From Eledone cirrhosa (Eukaryota), in assembly GCA_964016885.1 (NCBI GenBank), contig OZ024755.1:42408001-42472000 (forward strand): a DNA stretch of 64,000 bases, given 5' to 3'. Under the pieces are notes generated by a model, which saw only the letters and a program-made list of their open reading frames with translations, did no database searches and had not been told where the DNA came from. Position 1 is the first letter of the stretch. Every line of letters begins with the position of its first letter. Positions 28,501-43,500 of the stretch are shown piece after piece. A program made the position numbers and the translations under genes.

Positions 28501-31500
28501 GTCTAGGGCAGTGGATTGACAGTAATTGGTAGTGTCACACATGTCTAGGGCAGTGGATTGACAGTAATTGGTAGAGTGTCACACATGTCTAGGGCAGTGG
28601 ATTGACAGTAATTGGTAGAGTGTCACACATGTCTAGGGCAGTGGATTGACAGTAATTGGTAGAGTGTCACACATGTCTAGGGCAGTGGATTGACAGTAAT
28701 TGGTAGAGTGTCACACATGTCTAGGGCAGTGGACTGACAGTAATTGGTAGAGTGTCACACATGTCTAGGGCAGTGGACTGACAGTAATTGGTAGAGTGTC
28801 ACACATGTCTAGGGCAGTGGGTTGACAGTAATCGGTAGAGTGTCACACATGTCTAGGGCAGTGGACTTATAGTAATTGGTAGAGTGTCACACATGTCTAG
28901 GGCAGTGGATTGACAGTAATTGGTAGAATGTCACACATGTCTAGGGCAGTGGACTGACAGTAATTGGTAGAGTGTCACACATGTCTAGGGCAGTGGACAG
29001 ACAGTAATTGGTAGAGTGTCACACATGTCTAGGGCAGTAGGTTGACAGTAATCGGTAGAGTGTCACACATGTCTAGGGCAGTGGGTTGACAGTAATTGGT
29101 AGAGTGTCAGACATGTCTAGGGCAGTGGACTGACAGTAATTGGTAGAGTGTCAGACATGTCTAGGGCAGTGGATTGACAGTAATTGGTAGAGTGTCAGAC
29201 ATATCTAGGGCAGTGGATTGACAGTAATTGGTAGAGTGTCAGACATGTCTAGGGCAGTGGATTGACAGTAATTGGTAGAGTGTCACACATGTCTAGGGCA
29301 GTGGACTGACAGTAATTGGTAGAGTGTCACACATGTCTAGGGCAGTGGATTGACAGTAATTGGTAGAGTGTCACACATGTCTAGGGCAGTGGATTGACAG
29401 TAATTGGTAGAGTGTCACACATGTCTAGGGCAGTGGATTGACAGTAATTGGTAGTCACACATGTCTAGGGCAGTGGACTGACAGTAATTGGTAGAGTGTT
29501 ACACATGTCTAGGGCAGTGGACTGACAGTAATTGGTAGAGTGTCACACATGTCTAGGGCAGTGGATTGACAGTAATTGGTAGTCACACATGTCTAGGGCA
29601 GTGGATTGATAGTAATTGGTAGAGTGTCACACATGTCTAGGGCGGTGGGTTGACAGTAATTGGTAGAGTGTCACACATGTCTAGGGCAGTGGACTGACAG
29701 TAATTGGTAGAGTGTCACACATGTCTAGGGCCGTGGATTGACAGTAATTGGTAGAGTGTCACACATGTCTAGGGCGCTGGACTGACAGTAATTGGTAGAG
29801 TGTCACACATGTCTAGGGCAGTGGACTGACAGTAATTGGTAGAGTGTCACACATGTCTAGGGCGGTGGATTGACAGTAATTGGTAGAGTGTCACACATGT
29901 CTAGGGCAGTGGACTGACAGTAATTGTTAGAGTGTCACACATGTCTAGGGCAGTGGACTGACAGTAATTGGTAGAGTGTCACACATGTCTAGGGCAGTGG
30001 ACTGACAGTAATTGGTAGAGTGTCACACATGTCTAGGGCGGTGGATTGACAGTAATTGGTAGTCACACATGTCTAGGGCAGTGGACTGACAGTAATTGGT
30101 AGAGTGTCACACATGTCTAGGGCAGTGGATTGACAGTAATTGGTAGAGTGTCACACATGTCTAGGGCAGTGGACTGACAGTAATTGGTAGAGTGTCACAC
30201 ATGTCTAGGGCAGTGGATTGACAGTAATTGGTAGAGTGTCACACATGTCTAGGGCAGTGGATTGACAGTAATTGGTAGAGTGTCACACATGTCTAGGGCA
30301 GTGGATTGACAGTAATTGGTAGAGTGTCACACATGTCTAGGGCGGTGGATTGACAGTAATTGGTAGTCACACATGTCTAGGGCAGTGGACTGACAGTAAT
30401 TGGTAGTCACACATGTCTAGGGCAGTGGACTGACAGTAATTGGTAGTCACACATGTCTAGGGCAGTGGACTGACAGTAATTGGTAGAGTGTCACACATGT
30501 CTAGGGCAGTGGATTGACAGTAATTGGTAGAGTGTCACACATGTCTAGGGCGGTGGATTGACAGTAATTGGTAGAGTGTCACACATGTCTAGGGCAGTGG
30601 ACTGACAGTAATTGGTAGAGTGTCACACATGTCTAGGGCGGTGGATTGACAGTAATTGGTAGTCACACATGTCTAGGGCAGTGGACTGACAGTAATTGGT
30701 AGAGTGTCACACGTGTCTAGGGCAGTGGATTGACAGTAATTGGTAGAGTGTCACACATGTCTAGGGCAGTGGACTGACAGTAATTGGTAGAGTGTCACAC
30801 ATGTCTAGGGCAGTGGACTGACAGTAATTGGTAGAGTGTCACACATGTCTAGGGCGGTGGATTGACAGTAATTGGTAGTCACACATGTCTAGGGCAGTGG
30901 ACTGACATTAATTGGTAGAGTGTCACACATGTCTAGGGCAGTGGATTGACAGTAATTGGTAGAGTGTCACACATGTCTAGGGCAGTGGATTGACAGTAAT
31001 TGGTAGAGTGTCACACATGTCTAGGGCAGTGGATTGACAGTAATTGGTAGTGTCACACATGTCTAGGGCAGTGGATTGACAGTAATTGGTAGAGTGTCAC
31101 ACATGTCTAGGGCAGTGGATTGACAGTAATTGGTAGAGTGTCACACATGTCTAGGGCAGTGGATTGACAGTAATTGGTAGAGTGTCACACATGTCTAGGG
31201 CAGTGGACTGACAGTAATTGGTAGAGTGTCACACATGTCTAGGGCAGTGGACTGACAGTAATTGGTAGAGTGTCACACATGTCTAGGGCAGTGGGTTGAC
31301 AGTAATCGGTAGAGTGTCACACATGTCTAGGGCAGTGGACTTATAGTAATTGGTAGAGTGTCACACATGTCTAGGGCAGTGGATTGACAGTAATTGGTAG
31401 AATGTCACACATGTCTAGGGCAGTGGACTGACAGTAATTGGTAGAGTGTCACACATGTCTACGGCAGTGGACAGACAGTAATTGGTAGAGTGTCACACAT

Positions 31501-34500
31501 ATCTAGGGCAGTAGGTTGACAGTAATCGGTAGAGTGTCACACATGTCTAGGGCAGTGGGTTGACAGTAATTGGTAGAGTGTCAGACATGTCTAGGGCAGT
31601 GGACTGACAGTAATTGGTAGAGTGTCAGACATGTCTAGGGCAGTGGATTGACAGTAATTGGTAGAGTGTCAGACATATCTAGGGCAGTGGATTGACAGTA
31701 ATTGGTAGAGTGTCAGACATGTCTAGGGCAGTGGATTGACAGTAATTGGTAGAGTGTCACACATGTCTAGGGCAGTGGACTGACAGTAATTGGTAGAGTG
31801 TCACACATGTCTACGGCAGTGGATTGACAGTAATTGGTAGAGTGTCACACATGTCTAGGGCAGTGGATTGACAGTAATTGGTAGAGTGTCACACATGTCT
31901 AGGGCAGTGGATTGACAGTAATTGGTAGTCACACATGTCTAGGGCAGTGGACTGACAGTAATTGGTAGAGTGTTACACATGTCTAGGGCAGTGGACTGAC
32001 AGTAATTGGTAGAGTGTCACACATGTCTAGGGCAGTGGATTGACAGTAATTGGTAGTCACACATGTCTAGGGCAGTGGATTGATAGTAATTGGTAGAGTG
32101 TCACACATGTCTAGGGCGGTGGGTTGACAGTAATTGGTAGAGTGTCACACATGTCTAGGGCAGTGGACTGACAGTAATTGGTAGAGTGTCACACATGTCT
32201 AGGGCCGTGGATTGACAGTAATTGGTAGAGTGTCACACATGTCTAGGGCGCTGGACTGACAGTAATTGGTAGAGTGTCACACATGTCTAGGGCAGTGGAC
32301 TGACAGTAATTGGTAGAGTGTCACACATGTCTAGGGCTGTGGATTGACAGTAATTGGTAGAGTGTCACACATGTCTAGGGCAGTGGACTGACAGTAATTG
32401 GTAGAGTGTCACACATGTCTAGGGCAGTGGACTGACAGTAATTGGTAGAGTGTCACACATGTCTAGGGCAGTGGATTGACAGTAATTGGTAGAGTGTCAC
32501 ACATGTCTAGGGCGGTGGACTGACAGTAATTGGTAGTCACACATGTCTAGGGCAGTGGACTGACAGTAATTGGTAGAGTGTCACACATGTCTAGGGCAGT
32601 GGACTGACAGTAATTGGTAGAGTGTCACACATGTCTAGGGCGGTGGATTGACAGTAATTGGTAGTCACACATGTCTAGGGCAGTGGATTGACAGTAATTG
32701 GTAGAGTGTCACACATGTCTAGGGCAGTGGATTGACAGTAATTGGTAGAGTGTCACACATGTCTAGGGCAGTGGATTGACAGTAATTGGTAGAGTGTCAC
32801 ACATGTCTAGGGCAGTGGACTGACAGTAATTGGTAGAGTGTCACACATGTCTAGGGCAGTAGACTGACAGTAATTGGTAGAGTGTCACACATGTCTAGGG
32901 CAGTGGACTGACAGTAATTGGTAGAGTGTCACACATGTCTAGGGCAGTAGACTGACAGTAATTGGTAGAGTGTCACACATGTCTAGGGCAGTGGATTGAC
33001 AGTAATTGGTAGAGTGTCACACATGTCTAGGGCAGTGGATTGACAGTAATTGGTAGAGTGTCACACATGTCTAGGGCAGTGGATTGACAGTAATTGGTAG
33101 AGTGTCACACATGTCTAGGGCAGTGGATTGACAGTAATTGGTAGAGTGTCACACATGTCTAGGGCAGTGGATTGACAGTAATTGGTAGAGTGTCACACAT
33201 GTCTAGGGCAGTGGACTGACAGTAATTGGTAGAGTGTCACACATGTCTAGGGCAGTGGATTGACAGTAATTGGTAGAGTGTCACACATGTCTAGGGCAGT
33301 GGATTGACAGTAATTGGTAGTCACACATGTCTAGGGCAGTGGACTGACAGTAATTGGTAGAGTGTCACACATGTCTAGGGCAGTGGACTGACAGTAATTG
33401 GTAGAGTGTCACACATGTCTAGGGCAGTGGATTGACAGTAATTGGTAGTCACACATGTCTAGGGCAGTGGATTGATAGTAATTGGTAGAGTGTCACACAT
33501 GTCTAGGGCAGTGGACTGACAGTAATTGGTAGAGTGTCACACATGTCTAGGGCAGTGGATTGACAGTAATTGGTAGAGTGTCACACATGTCTAGGGCAGT
33601 GGACTGACAGTAATTGGTAGAGTGTCACACATGTCTAGGGCAGTGGATTGACAGTAATTGGTAGAGTGTCACACATGTCTAGGGCAGTGGACTGACAGTA
33701 ATTGGTAGAGTGTCACACATGTCTAGGGCGGTGGGTTGACAGTAATTGGTAGAGTGTCACACATGTCTAGGGCAGTGGATTGACAGTAATTGGTAGAGTG
33801 TCACACATGTCTAGGGCGGTGGGTTGACAGTAATTGGTAGAGTGTCAAACATGTCTAGGGCGGTGGATTGACAGTAATTGGTAGTCACACATGTCTAGGG
33901 CAGTGGACTGACAGTAATTGGTAGAGTGTCACACATGTCTAGGGCAGTGGATTGACAGTAATTGGTAGAGTGTCACACATGTCTAGGGCAGTGGATTGAC
34001 AGTAATTGGTAGTCACACATGTCTAGGGCAGTGGACTGACAGTAATTGGTAGAGTGTCAGACATGTCTAGGGCAGTGGATTGACAGTAATTGGTAGTCAC
34101 ACATGTCTAGGGCAGTGGACTGACAGTAATTGGTAGAGTGTCACACATGTCTAGGGCAGTGGACTGACAGTAATTGGTAGAGTGTCACACATGTCTAGGG
34201 CAGTGGATTGACAGTAATTGGTAGAGTGTCACACATGTCTAGGGCAGTGGATTGACAGTAATTGGTAGAGTGTCACACATGTCTAGGGCAGTGGATTGAC
34301 AGTAATTGGTAGAGTGTCACACATGTCTAGGGCAGTGGATTGACAGTAATTGGTAGAGTGTCACACATATCTAGGGCAGTGGATTGACAGTAATTGGTAG
34401 AGTGTCACACATGTCTAGGGCAGTGGATTGACAGTAATTGGTAGAGTGTCACACATGTCTAGGGCAGTGGATTGACAGTAATTGGTAGAGTGTCACACAT

Positions 34501-37500
34501 GTCTAGGGCAGTGGATTGACAGTAATTGGTAGAGTGTCACACATGTCTAGGGCAGTGGATTGACAGTAATTGGTAGAGTGTCACACATATCTAGGGCAGT
34601 GGATTGACAGTAATTGGTAGAGTGTCACACATGTCTAGGGCAGTGGATTGACAGTAATTGGTAGAGTGTCACACATGTCTAGGGCAGTGGATTGACAGTA
34701 ATTGGTAGAGTGTCACACATGTCTAGGGCAGTGGGTTGACAGTAATTGGTAGAGTGTCACACATGTCTAGGGCAGTGGATTGACAGTAATTGGTAGAGTG
34801 TCACACATGTCTAGGGCAGTGGATTGACAGTAATTGGTAGAGTGTCACACATGTCTAGGGCAGTGGACTGACAGTAATTGGTAGAGTGTCACACATGTCT
34901 AGGGCAGTGGATTGACAGTAATTGGTAGAGTGTCACACATGTCTAGGGCGGTGGATTGACAGTAATTGGTAGTCACACATGTCTAGGGCAGTGGACTGAC
35001 ATTAATTGGTAGAGTGTCACACATGTCTAGGGCAGTGGATTGACAGTAATTGGTAGAGTGTCACACATGTCTAGGGCAGTGGATTGACAGTAATTGGTAG
35101 AGTGTCACACATGTCTAGGGCAGTGGATTGACAGTAATTGGTAGTGTCACACATGTCTAGGGCAGTGGATTGACAGTAATTGGTAGAGTGTCACACATGT
35201 CTAGGGCAGTGGATTGACAGTAATTGGTAGAGTGTCACACATGTCTAGGGCAGTGGATTGACAGTAATTGGTAGAGTGTCACACATGTCTAGGGCAGTGG
35301 ACTGACAGTAATTGGTAGAGTGTCACACATGTCTAGGGCAGTGGACTGACAGTAATTGGTAGAGTGTCACACATGTCTAGGGCAGTGGGTTGACAGTAAT
35401 CGGTAGAGTGTCACACATGTCTAGGGCAGTGGACTTATAATAATTGGTAGAGTGTCACACATGTCTAGGGCAGTGGATTGACAGTAATTGGTAGAATGTC
35501 ACACATGTCTAGGGCAGTGGACTGACAGTAATTGGTAGAGTGTCACACATGTCTACGGCAGTGGACAGACAGTAATTGGTAGAGTGTCACACATGTCTAG
35601 GGCAGTAGGTTGACAGTAATCGGTAGAGTGTCACACATGTCTAGGGCAGTGGGTTGACAGTAATTGGTAGAGTGTCAGACATGTCTAGGGCAGTGGACTG
35701 ACAGTAATTGGTAGAGTGTCAGACATGTCTAGGGCAGTGGATTGACAGTAATTGGTAGAGTGTCAGACATATCTAGGGCAGTGGATTGACAGTAATTGGT
35801 AGAGTGTCAGACATGTCTAGGGCAGTGGATTGACAGTAATTGGTAGAGTGTCACACATGTCTAGGGCAGTGGACTGACAGTAATTGGTAGAGTGTCACAC
35901 ATGTCTACGGCAGTGGATTGACAGTAATTGGTAGAGTGTCACACATGTCTAGGGCAGTGGATTGACAGTAATTGGTAGAGTGTCACACATGTCTAGGGCA
36001 GTGGATTGACAGTAATTGGTAGTCACACATGTCTAGGGCAGTGGACTGACAGTAATTGGTAGAGTGTTACACATGTCTAGGGCAGTGGACTGACAGTAAT
36101 TGGTAGAGTGTCACACATGTCTAGGGCAGTGGATTGACAGTAATTGGTAGTCACACATGTCTAGGGCAGTGGATTGATAGTAATTGGTAGAGTGTCACAC
36201 ATGTCTAGGGCGGTGGGTTGACAGTAATTGGTAGAGTGTCACACATGTCTAGGGCGGTGGGTTGACAGTAATTGGTAGAGTGTCACACATGTCTAGGGCA
36301 GTGGACTGACAGTAATTGGTAGAGTGTCACACATGTCTAGGGCCGTGGATTGACAGTAATTGGTAGAGTGTCACACATGTCTAGGGCGCTGGACTGACAG
36401 TAATTGGTAGAGTGTCACACATGTCTAGGGCAGTGGACTGACAGTAATTGGTAGAGTGTCACACATGTCTAGGGCTGTGGATTGACAGTAATTGGTAGAG
36501 TGTCACACATGTCTAGGGCAGTGGACTGACAGTAATTGGTAGAGTGTCACACATGTCTAGGGCAGTGGACTGACAGTAATTGGTAGAGTGTCACACATGT
36601 CTAGGGCAGTGGATTGACAGTAATTGGTAGAGTGTCACACATGTCTAGGGCGGTGGACTGACAGTAATTGGTAGTCACACATGTCTAGGGCAGTGGACTG
36701 ACAGTAATTGGTAGAGTGTCACACATGTCTAGGGCAGTGGACTGACAGTAATTGGTAGAGTGTCACACATGTCTAGGGCGGTGGATTGACAGTAATTGGT
36801 AGTCACACATGTCTAGGGCAGTGGATTGACAGTAATTGGTAGAGTGTCACACATGTCTAGGGCAGTGGATTGACAGTAATTGGTAGAGTGTCACACATGT
36901 CTAGGGCAGTGGATTGACAGTAATTGGTAGAGTGTCACACATGTCTAGGGCAGTGGACTGACAGTAATTGGTAGAGTGTCACACATGTCTAGGGCAGTAG
37001 ACTGACAGTAATTGGTAGAGTGTCACACATGTCTAGGGCAGTGGACTGACAGTAATTGGTAGAGTGTCACACATGTCTAGGGCAGTAGACTGACAGTAAT
37101 TGGTAGAGTGTCACACATGTCTAGGGCAGTGGATTGACAGTAATTGGTAGAGTGTCACACATGTCTAGGGCAGTGGATTGACAGTAATTGGTAGAGTGTC
37201 ACACATGTCTAGGGCAGTGGATTGACAGTAATTGGTAGAGTGTCACACATGTCTAGGGCAGTGGATTGACAGTAATTGGTAGAGTGTCACACATGTCTAG
37301 GGCAGTGGATTGACAGTAATTGGTAGAGTGTCACACATGTCTAGGGCAGTGGACTGACAGTAATTGGTAGAGTGTCACACATGTCTAGGGCAGTGGATTG
37401 ACAGTAATTGGTAGAGTGTCACACATGTCTAGGGCAGTGGATTGACAGTAATTGGTAGTCACACATGTCTAGGGCAGTGGACTGACAGTAATTGGTAGAG

Positions 37501-40500
37501 TGTCACACATGTCTAGGGCAGTGGACTGACAGTAATTGGTAGAGTGTCACACATGTCTAGGGCAGTGGATTGACAGTAATTGGTAGTCACACATGTCTAG
37601 GGCAGTGGATTGATAGTAATTGGTAGAGTGTCACACATGTCTAGGGCAGTGGACTGACAGTAATTGGTAGAGTGTCACACATGTCTAGGGCAGTGGATTG
37701 ACAGTAATTGGTAGAGTGTCACACATGTCTAGGGCAGTGGACTGACAGTAATTGGTAGAGTGTCACACATGTCTAGGGCAGTGGATTGACAGTAATTGGT
37801 AGAGTGTCACACATGTCTAGGGCAGTGGACTGACAGTAATTGGTAGAGTGTCACACATGTCTAGGGCGGTGGGTTGACAGTAATTGGTAGAGTGTCACAC
37901 ATGTCTAGGGCAGTGGATTGACAGTAATTGGTAGAGTGTCACACATGTCTAGGGCGGTGGGTTGACAGTAATTGGTAGAGTGTCAAACATGTCTAGGGCG
38001 GTGGATTGACAGTAATTGGTAGTCACACATGTCTAGGGCAGTGGACTGACAGTAATTGGTAGAGTGTCACACATGTCTAGGGCAGTGGATTGACAGTAAT
38101 TGGTAGAGTGTCACACATGTCTAGGGCAGTGGATTGACAGTAATTGGTAGTCACACATGTCTAGGGCAGTGGACTGACAGTAATTGGTAGAGTGTCAGAC
38201 ATGTCTAGGGCAGTGGATTGACAGTAATTGGTAGTCACACATGTCTAGGGCAGTGGACTGACAGTAATTGGTAGAGTGTCACACATGTCTAGGGCAGTGG
38301 ACTGACAGTAATTGGTAGAGTGTCACACATGTCTAGGGCAGTGGATTGACAGTAATTGGTAGAGTGTCACACATGTCTAGGGCAGTGGATTGACAGTAAT
38401 TGGTAGAGTGTCACACATGTCTAGGGCAGTGGATTGACAGTAATTGGTAGAGTGTCACACATGTCTAGGGCAGTGGATTGACAGTAATTGGTAGAGTGTC
38501 ACACATATCTAGGGCAGTGGATTGACAGTAATTGGTAGAGTGTCACACATGTCTAGGGCAGTGGATTGACAGTAATTGGTAGAGTGTCACACATGTCTAG
38601 GGCAGTGGATTGACAGTAATTGGTAGAGTGTCACACATGTCTAGGGCAGTGGATTGACAGTAATTGGTAGAGTGTCACACATGTCTAGGGCAGTGGATTG
38701 ACAGTAATTGGTAGAGTGTCACACATATCTAGGGCAGTGGATTGACAGTAATTGGTAGAGTGTCACACATGTCTAGGGCAGTGGATTGACAGTAATTGGT
38801 AGAGTGTCACACATGTCTAGGGCAGTGGATTGACAGTAATTGGTAGAGTGTCACACATGTCTAGGGCAGTGGGTTGACAGTAATTGGTAGAGTGTCACAC
38901 ATGTCTAGGGCAGTGGATTGACAGTAATTGGTAGAGTGTCACACATGTCTAGGGCAGTGGATTGACAGTAATTGGTAGAGTGTCACACATGTCTAGGGCA
39001 GTGGACTGACAGTAATTGGTAGAGTGTCACACATGTCTAGGGCAGTGGATTGACAGTAATTGGTAGAGTGTCACACATATCTAGGGCAGTGGATTGACAG
39101 TAATTGGTAGAGTGTCACACATGTCTAGGGCAGTGGATTGACAGTAATTGGTAGAGTGTCACACATGTCTAGGGCAGTGGATTGACAGTAATTGGTAGAG
39201 TGTCACACATGTCTAGGGCAGTGGATTGACAGTAATTGGTAGAGTGTCAGACATGTCTAGGGCAGTGGATTGACAGTAATTGGTAGAGTGTCAGACATGT
39301 CTAGGGCAGTGGATTGACAGTAATTGGTAGAGTGTCACACATGTCTAGTGCAGTGGGTTGACAGTAATTGGTAGAGTGTCACACATGTCTAGGGCAGTGG
39401 ACTGACAGTAATTGGTAGAGTGTCACACATGTCTAGGGCAGTGGATTGACAGTAATTGGTAGAGTGTCACACATGTCTAGGGCAGTGGATTGACAGTAAT
39501 TGGTAGAGTGTCACACATGTCTAGGGCAGTGGACTGACAGTAATTGGTAGAGTGTCAGACATGTCTAGGGCAGTGGATTGACAGTAATTGGTAGAGTGTC
39601 ACACATGTCTAGGGCAGTGGGTTGACAGTAATTGGTAGAGTGTCACACATGTCTAGGGCAGTGGATTGACAGTAATTGGTAGAGTGTCACACATATCTAG
39701 GGCAGTGGATTGACAGTAATTGGTAGAGTGTCACACATGTCTAGGGCAGTGGATTGACAGTAATTGGTAGAGTGTCACACATGTCTAGGGCAGTGGATTG
39801 ACAGTAATTGGTAGAGTGTCACACATGTCTAGGGCAATGGATTGACAGTAATTGGTAGAGTGTCAGACATGTCTAGGGCAGTGGATTGACAGTAATTGGT
39901 AGAGTGTCAGACATGTCTAGGGCAGTGGATTGACAGTAATTGGTAGAGTGTCACACATGTCTAGGGCAGTGGGTTGACAGTAATTGGTAGAGTGTCACAC
40001 ATGTCTAGGGCAGTGGACTGACAGTAATTGGTAGAGTGTCACACATGTCTAGGGCGGTGGAGTGACAGTAATTGGTAGAGTGTCACACATGTCTAGGGCA
40101 GTGGATTGACAGTAATTGGTAGAGTGTCACACATGTCTAGGGCAGTGGACTGACAGTAATTGGTAGTCACACATGTCTAGGGCAGTGGACTGACAGTAAT
40201 TGGTAGAGTGTCAGACATATCTAGGGCAGTGGATTGACAGTAATTGGTAGTCACACATGTCTAGGGCAGTGGACTGACAGTAATTGGTAGAGTGTCACAC
40301 ATGTCTAGGGCAGTGGACTGACAGTAATTGGTAGTCACACATGTCTAGGGCAGTGGACTGACAGTAATTGGTAGAGTGTCACACATGTCTAGGGCAGTGG
40401 ACTGACAGTAATTGGTAGAGTGTCACACATGTCTAGGGCAGTGGATTGACAGTAATTGGTAGAGTGTCAGACATGTCTAGGGCAGTGGATTGACAGTAAT

Positions 40501-43500
40501 TGGTAGAGTGTCACACATATCTAGGGCAGTGGACTGACAGTAATTGGTAGAGTGTCACACATGTCTAGGGCAGTGGATTGACAGTAATTGGTAGAGTGTC
40601 AGACATGTCTAGGGCAGTGGATTGACAGTAATTGGTAGAGTGTCAGACATGTCTAGGGCAGTGGGTTGACAGTAATTGGTAGAGTGTCAGACATGTCTAG
40701 GGCAGTGGACTGACAGTAATTGGTAGAGTGTCACACATGTCTAGGGCAGTGGATTGACAGTAATTGGTAGAGTGTCACACATGTCTAGGGCGGTGGAGTG
40801 ACAGTAATTGGTAGAGTGTCACACATGTCTAGGGCAGTGGATTGACAGTAATTGGTAGTCACACATGTCTAGGGCAGTGGGTTGACAGTAATTGGTAGAG
40901 TGTCACACATGTCTAGGGCAGTGGATTGACAGTAATTGGTAGAGTGTCACACATGTCTAGAGCGGCGGAGTGTCAGTAATTGGTAGAGTGTCACACATGT
41001 CTAGGGCAGTGGATTGACAGTAATTGGTAGAGTGTCACACATGTCTAGGGCAGTGGATTGACAGTAATTGGTAGAGTGTCACACATGTCTAGGGCAGTGG
41101 ACTGACAGTAATTGGTAGAGTGTCACACATGTCTAGGGCAGTGGATTGACAGTAATTGGTAGAGTGTCACACATGTCTAGGGCAGTGGATTGACAGTAAT
41201 TGGTAGAGTGTCACACATGTCTAGGGCAGTGGATTGACAGTAATTGGTAGAGTGTCACACATGTCTAGGGCAGTGGATTGACAGTAATTGGTAGAGTGTC
41301 ACACATGTCTAGGGCAGTGGATTGACAGTAATTGGTAGAGTGTCACACATGTCTAGGGCAGTGGATTGACAGTAATTGGTAGTCGCACATGTCTAGGGCA
41401 GTGGGTTGACAGTAATTGGTAGTCACACATGTCTAGGGCAGTGGGTTGACAGTAATTGGTAGAGTGTCACACATGTCTAGGGCAGTGGATTGACAGTAAT
41501 TGGTAGAGTGTCACACATGTCTAGGGCAGTGGACTGACAGTAATTGGTAGAGTGTCACACATGTCGAGGGCGGTGGATTGACAGTAATTGGTAGAGTGTC
41601 ACACATGTCTAGGGCAGTGGACTGACAGTAATTGGTAGAGTGTCACACATGTCTAGGGCAGTGGACTGACAGTAATTGGTAGAGTGTCACACATGTCTAG
41701 GGCAGTGGACTGACAGTAATTGGTAGAGTGTCACACATGTCGAGGGTGGTGGATTGACAGTAATTGGTAGAGTGTCACACATGTCTAGGGCAGTGGACTG
41801 ACAGTAATTGGTAGAGTGTCACACATGTCTAGGACAGTGGACTGACAGTAATTGGTAGAGTGCCACACATGTCTAGGGCAGTGGACTGACAGTAATTGGT
41901 AGAGTGTCACACATGTCTAGGGCAGTGGACTGACAGTAATTGGTAGAGTGTCACACATGTCTAGGGCGGTGGATTGACAGTAATTGGTAGAGTGTCACAC
42001 ATGACTAGGGCGGTGGACTGACAGTAATTGGTAGAGTGTCACACATGTCTAGGGCAGTGGACTGACAGTAATTGGTAGAGTGTCACACATGTCTAGGGCA
42101 GTGGGTTGACAGTAATTGGTAGAGTGTCACACATGTCTAGGGCAGTGGACTGACAGTAATTGGTAGAGTGTCACACATGTCGAGGGCGGTGGACTGACAG
42201 TAATTGGTAGAGTGTCACACATGTCTAGGGCAGTGGACTGACAGTAATTGGTAGAGTGTCACACATGTCTAGGGCAGTGGACTGACAGTAATTGGTAGAG
42301 TGTCACACATGTCTAGGGCAGTGGACTGACAGTAATTGGTAGAGTGTCACACATGTCTAGGGCAGTGGACTGACAGTAATTGGTAGAGTGTCACACATGT
42401 CTAGGGCAGTGGACTGACAGTAATTGGTAGAGTGTCACACATGTCTAGGGCGGTGGATTGACAGTAATTGGTAGAGTGTCACACATGACTAGGGCGGTGG
42501 ACTGACAGTAATTGGTAGAGTGTCACACATGTCTAGGGCAGTGGACTGACAGTAATTGGTAGAGTGTCACACATGTCTAGGGCAGTGGATTGACAGTAAT
42601 TGGTAGAGTGTCACACATGTCTAGGGCGGTGGATTGACAGTAATTGGTAGTCACACATGTCTAGGGCAGTGGACTGACAGTAATTGGTAGAGTGTCACAC
42701 ATGTCTAGGGCAGTGGATTGACAGTAATTGGTAGTGTCACACATGTCTAGGGCGGTGGATTGACAGTAATTGGTAGAGTGTCACACATGTCTAGGGCAGT
42801 GGACTGACAGTAATTGGTAGAGTGTCACACATGTCTAGGGCAGTGGACTGACAGTAATTGGTAGAGTGTCACACATGTCTAGGGCAGTGGACTGACAGTA
42901 ATTGGTAGAGTGTCACACATGTCTAGGGCAGTGGACTGACAGTAATTGGTAGAGTGTCACACATGTCTAGGGCAGTGGACTGACAGTAATTGGTAGAGTG
43001 TCACACATGTCTAGGGCAGTGGATTGACAGTAATTGGTAGATTGTCACACATGTCTAGGGCAGTGGGTTGACAGTAATTGGTAGAGTGTCACACATGTCT
43101 AGGGCAGTGGACTGACAGTAATTGGTAGACTGTCACACATGTCTAGGGCAGTGGACTGACAGTAATTGGTAGAGTGTCACACATGTCTAGGGCGGTGGAT
43201 TGACAGTAATTGGTAGAGTGTCACACATGACTAGGGCGGTGGACTGACAGTAATTGGTAGAGTGTCACACATGTCTAGGGCAGTGGACTGACAGTAATTG
43301 GTAGAGTGTCACACATGTCTAGGGCAGTGGGTTGACAGTAATTGGTAGATTGTCACACATGTCTAGGGCAGTGGACTGACAGTAATTGGTAGAGTGTCAC
43401 ACATGTCGAGGGCGGTGGATTGACAGTAATTGGTAGAGTGTCACACATGTCTAGGGCAGTGGACTGACAGTAATTGGTAGAGTGTCACACATGTCTAGGG

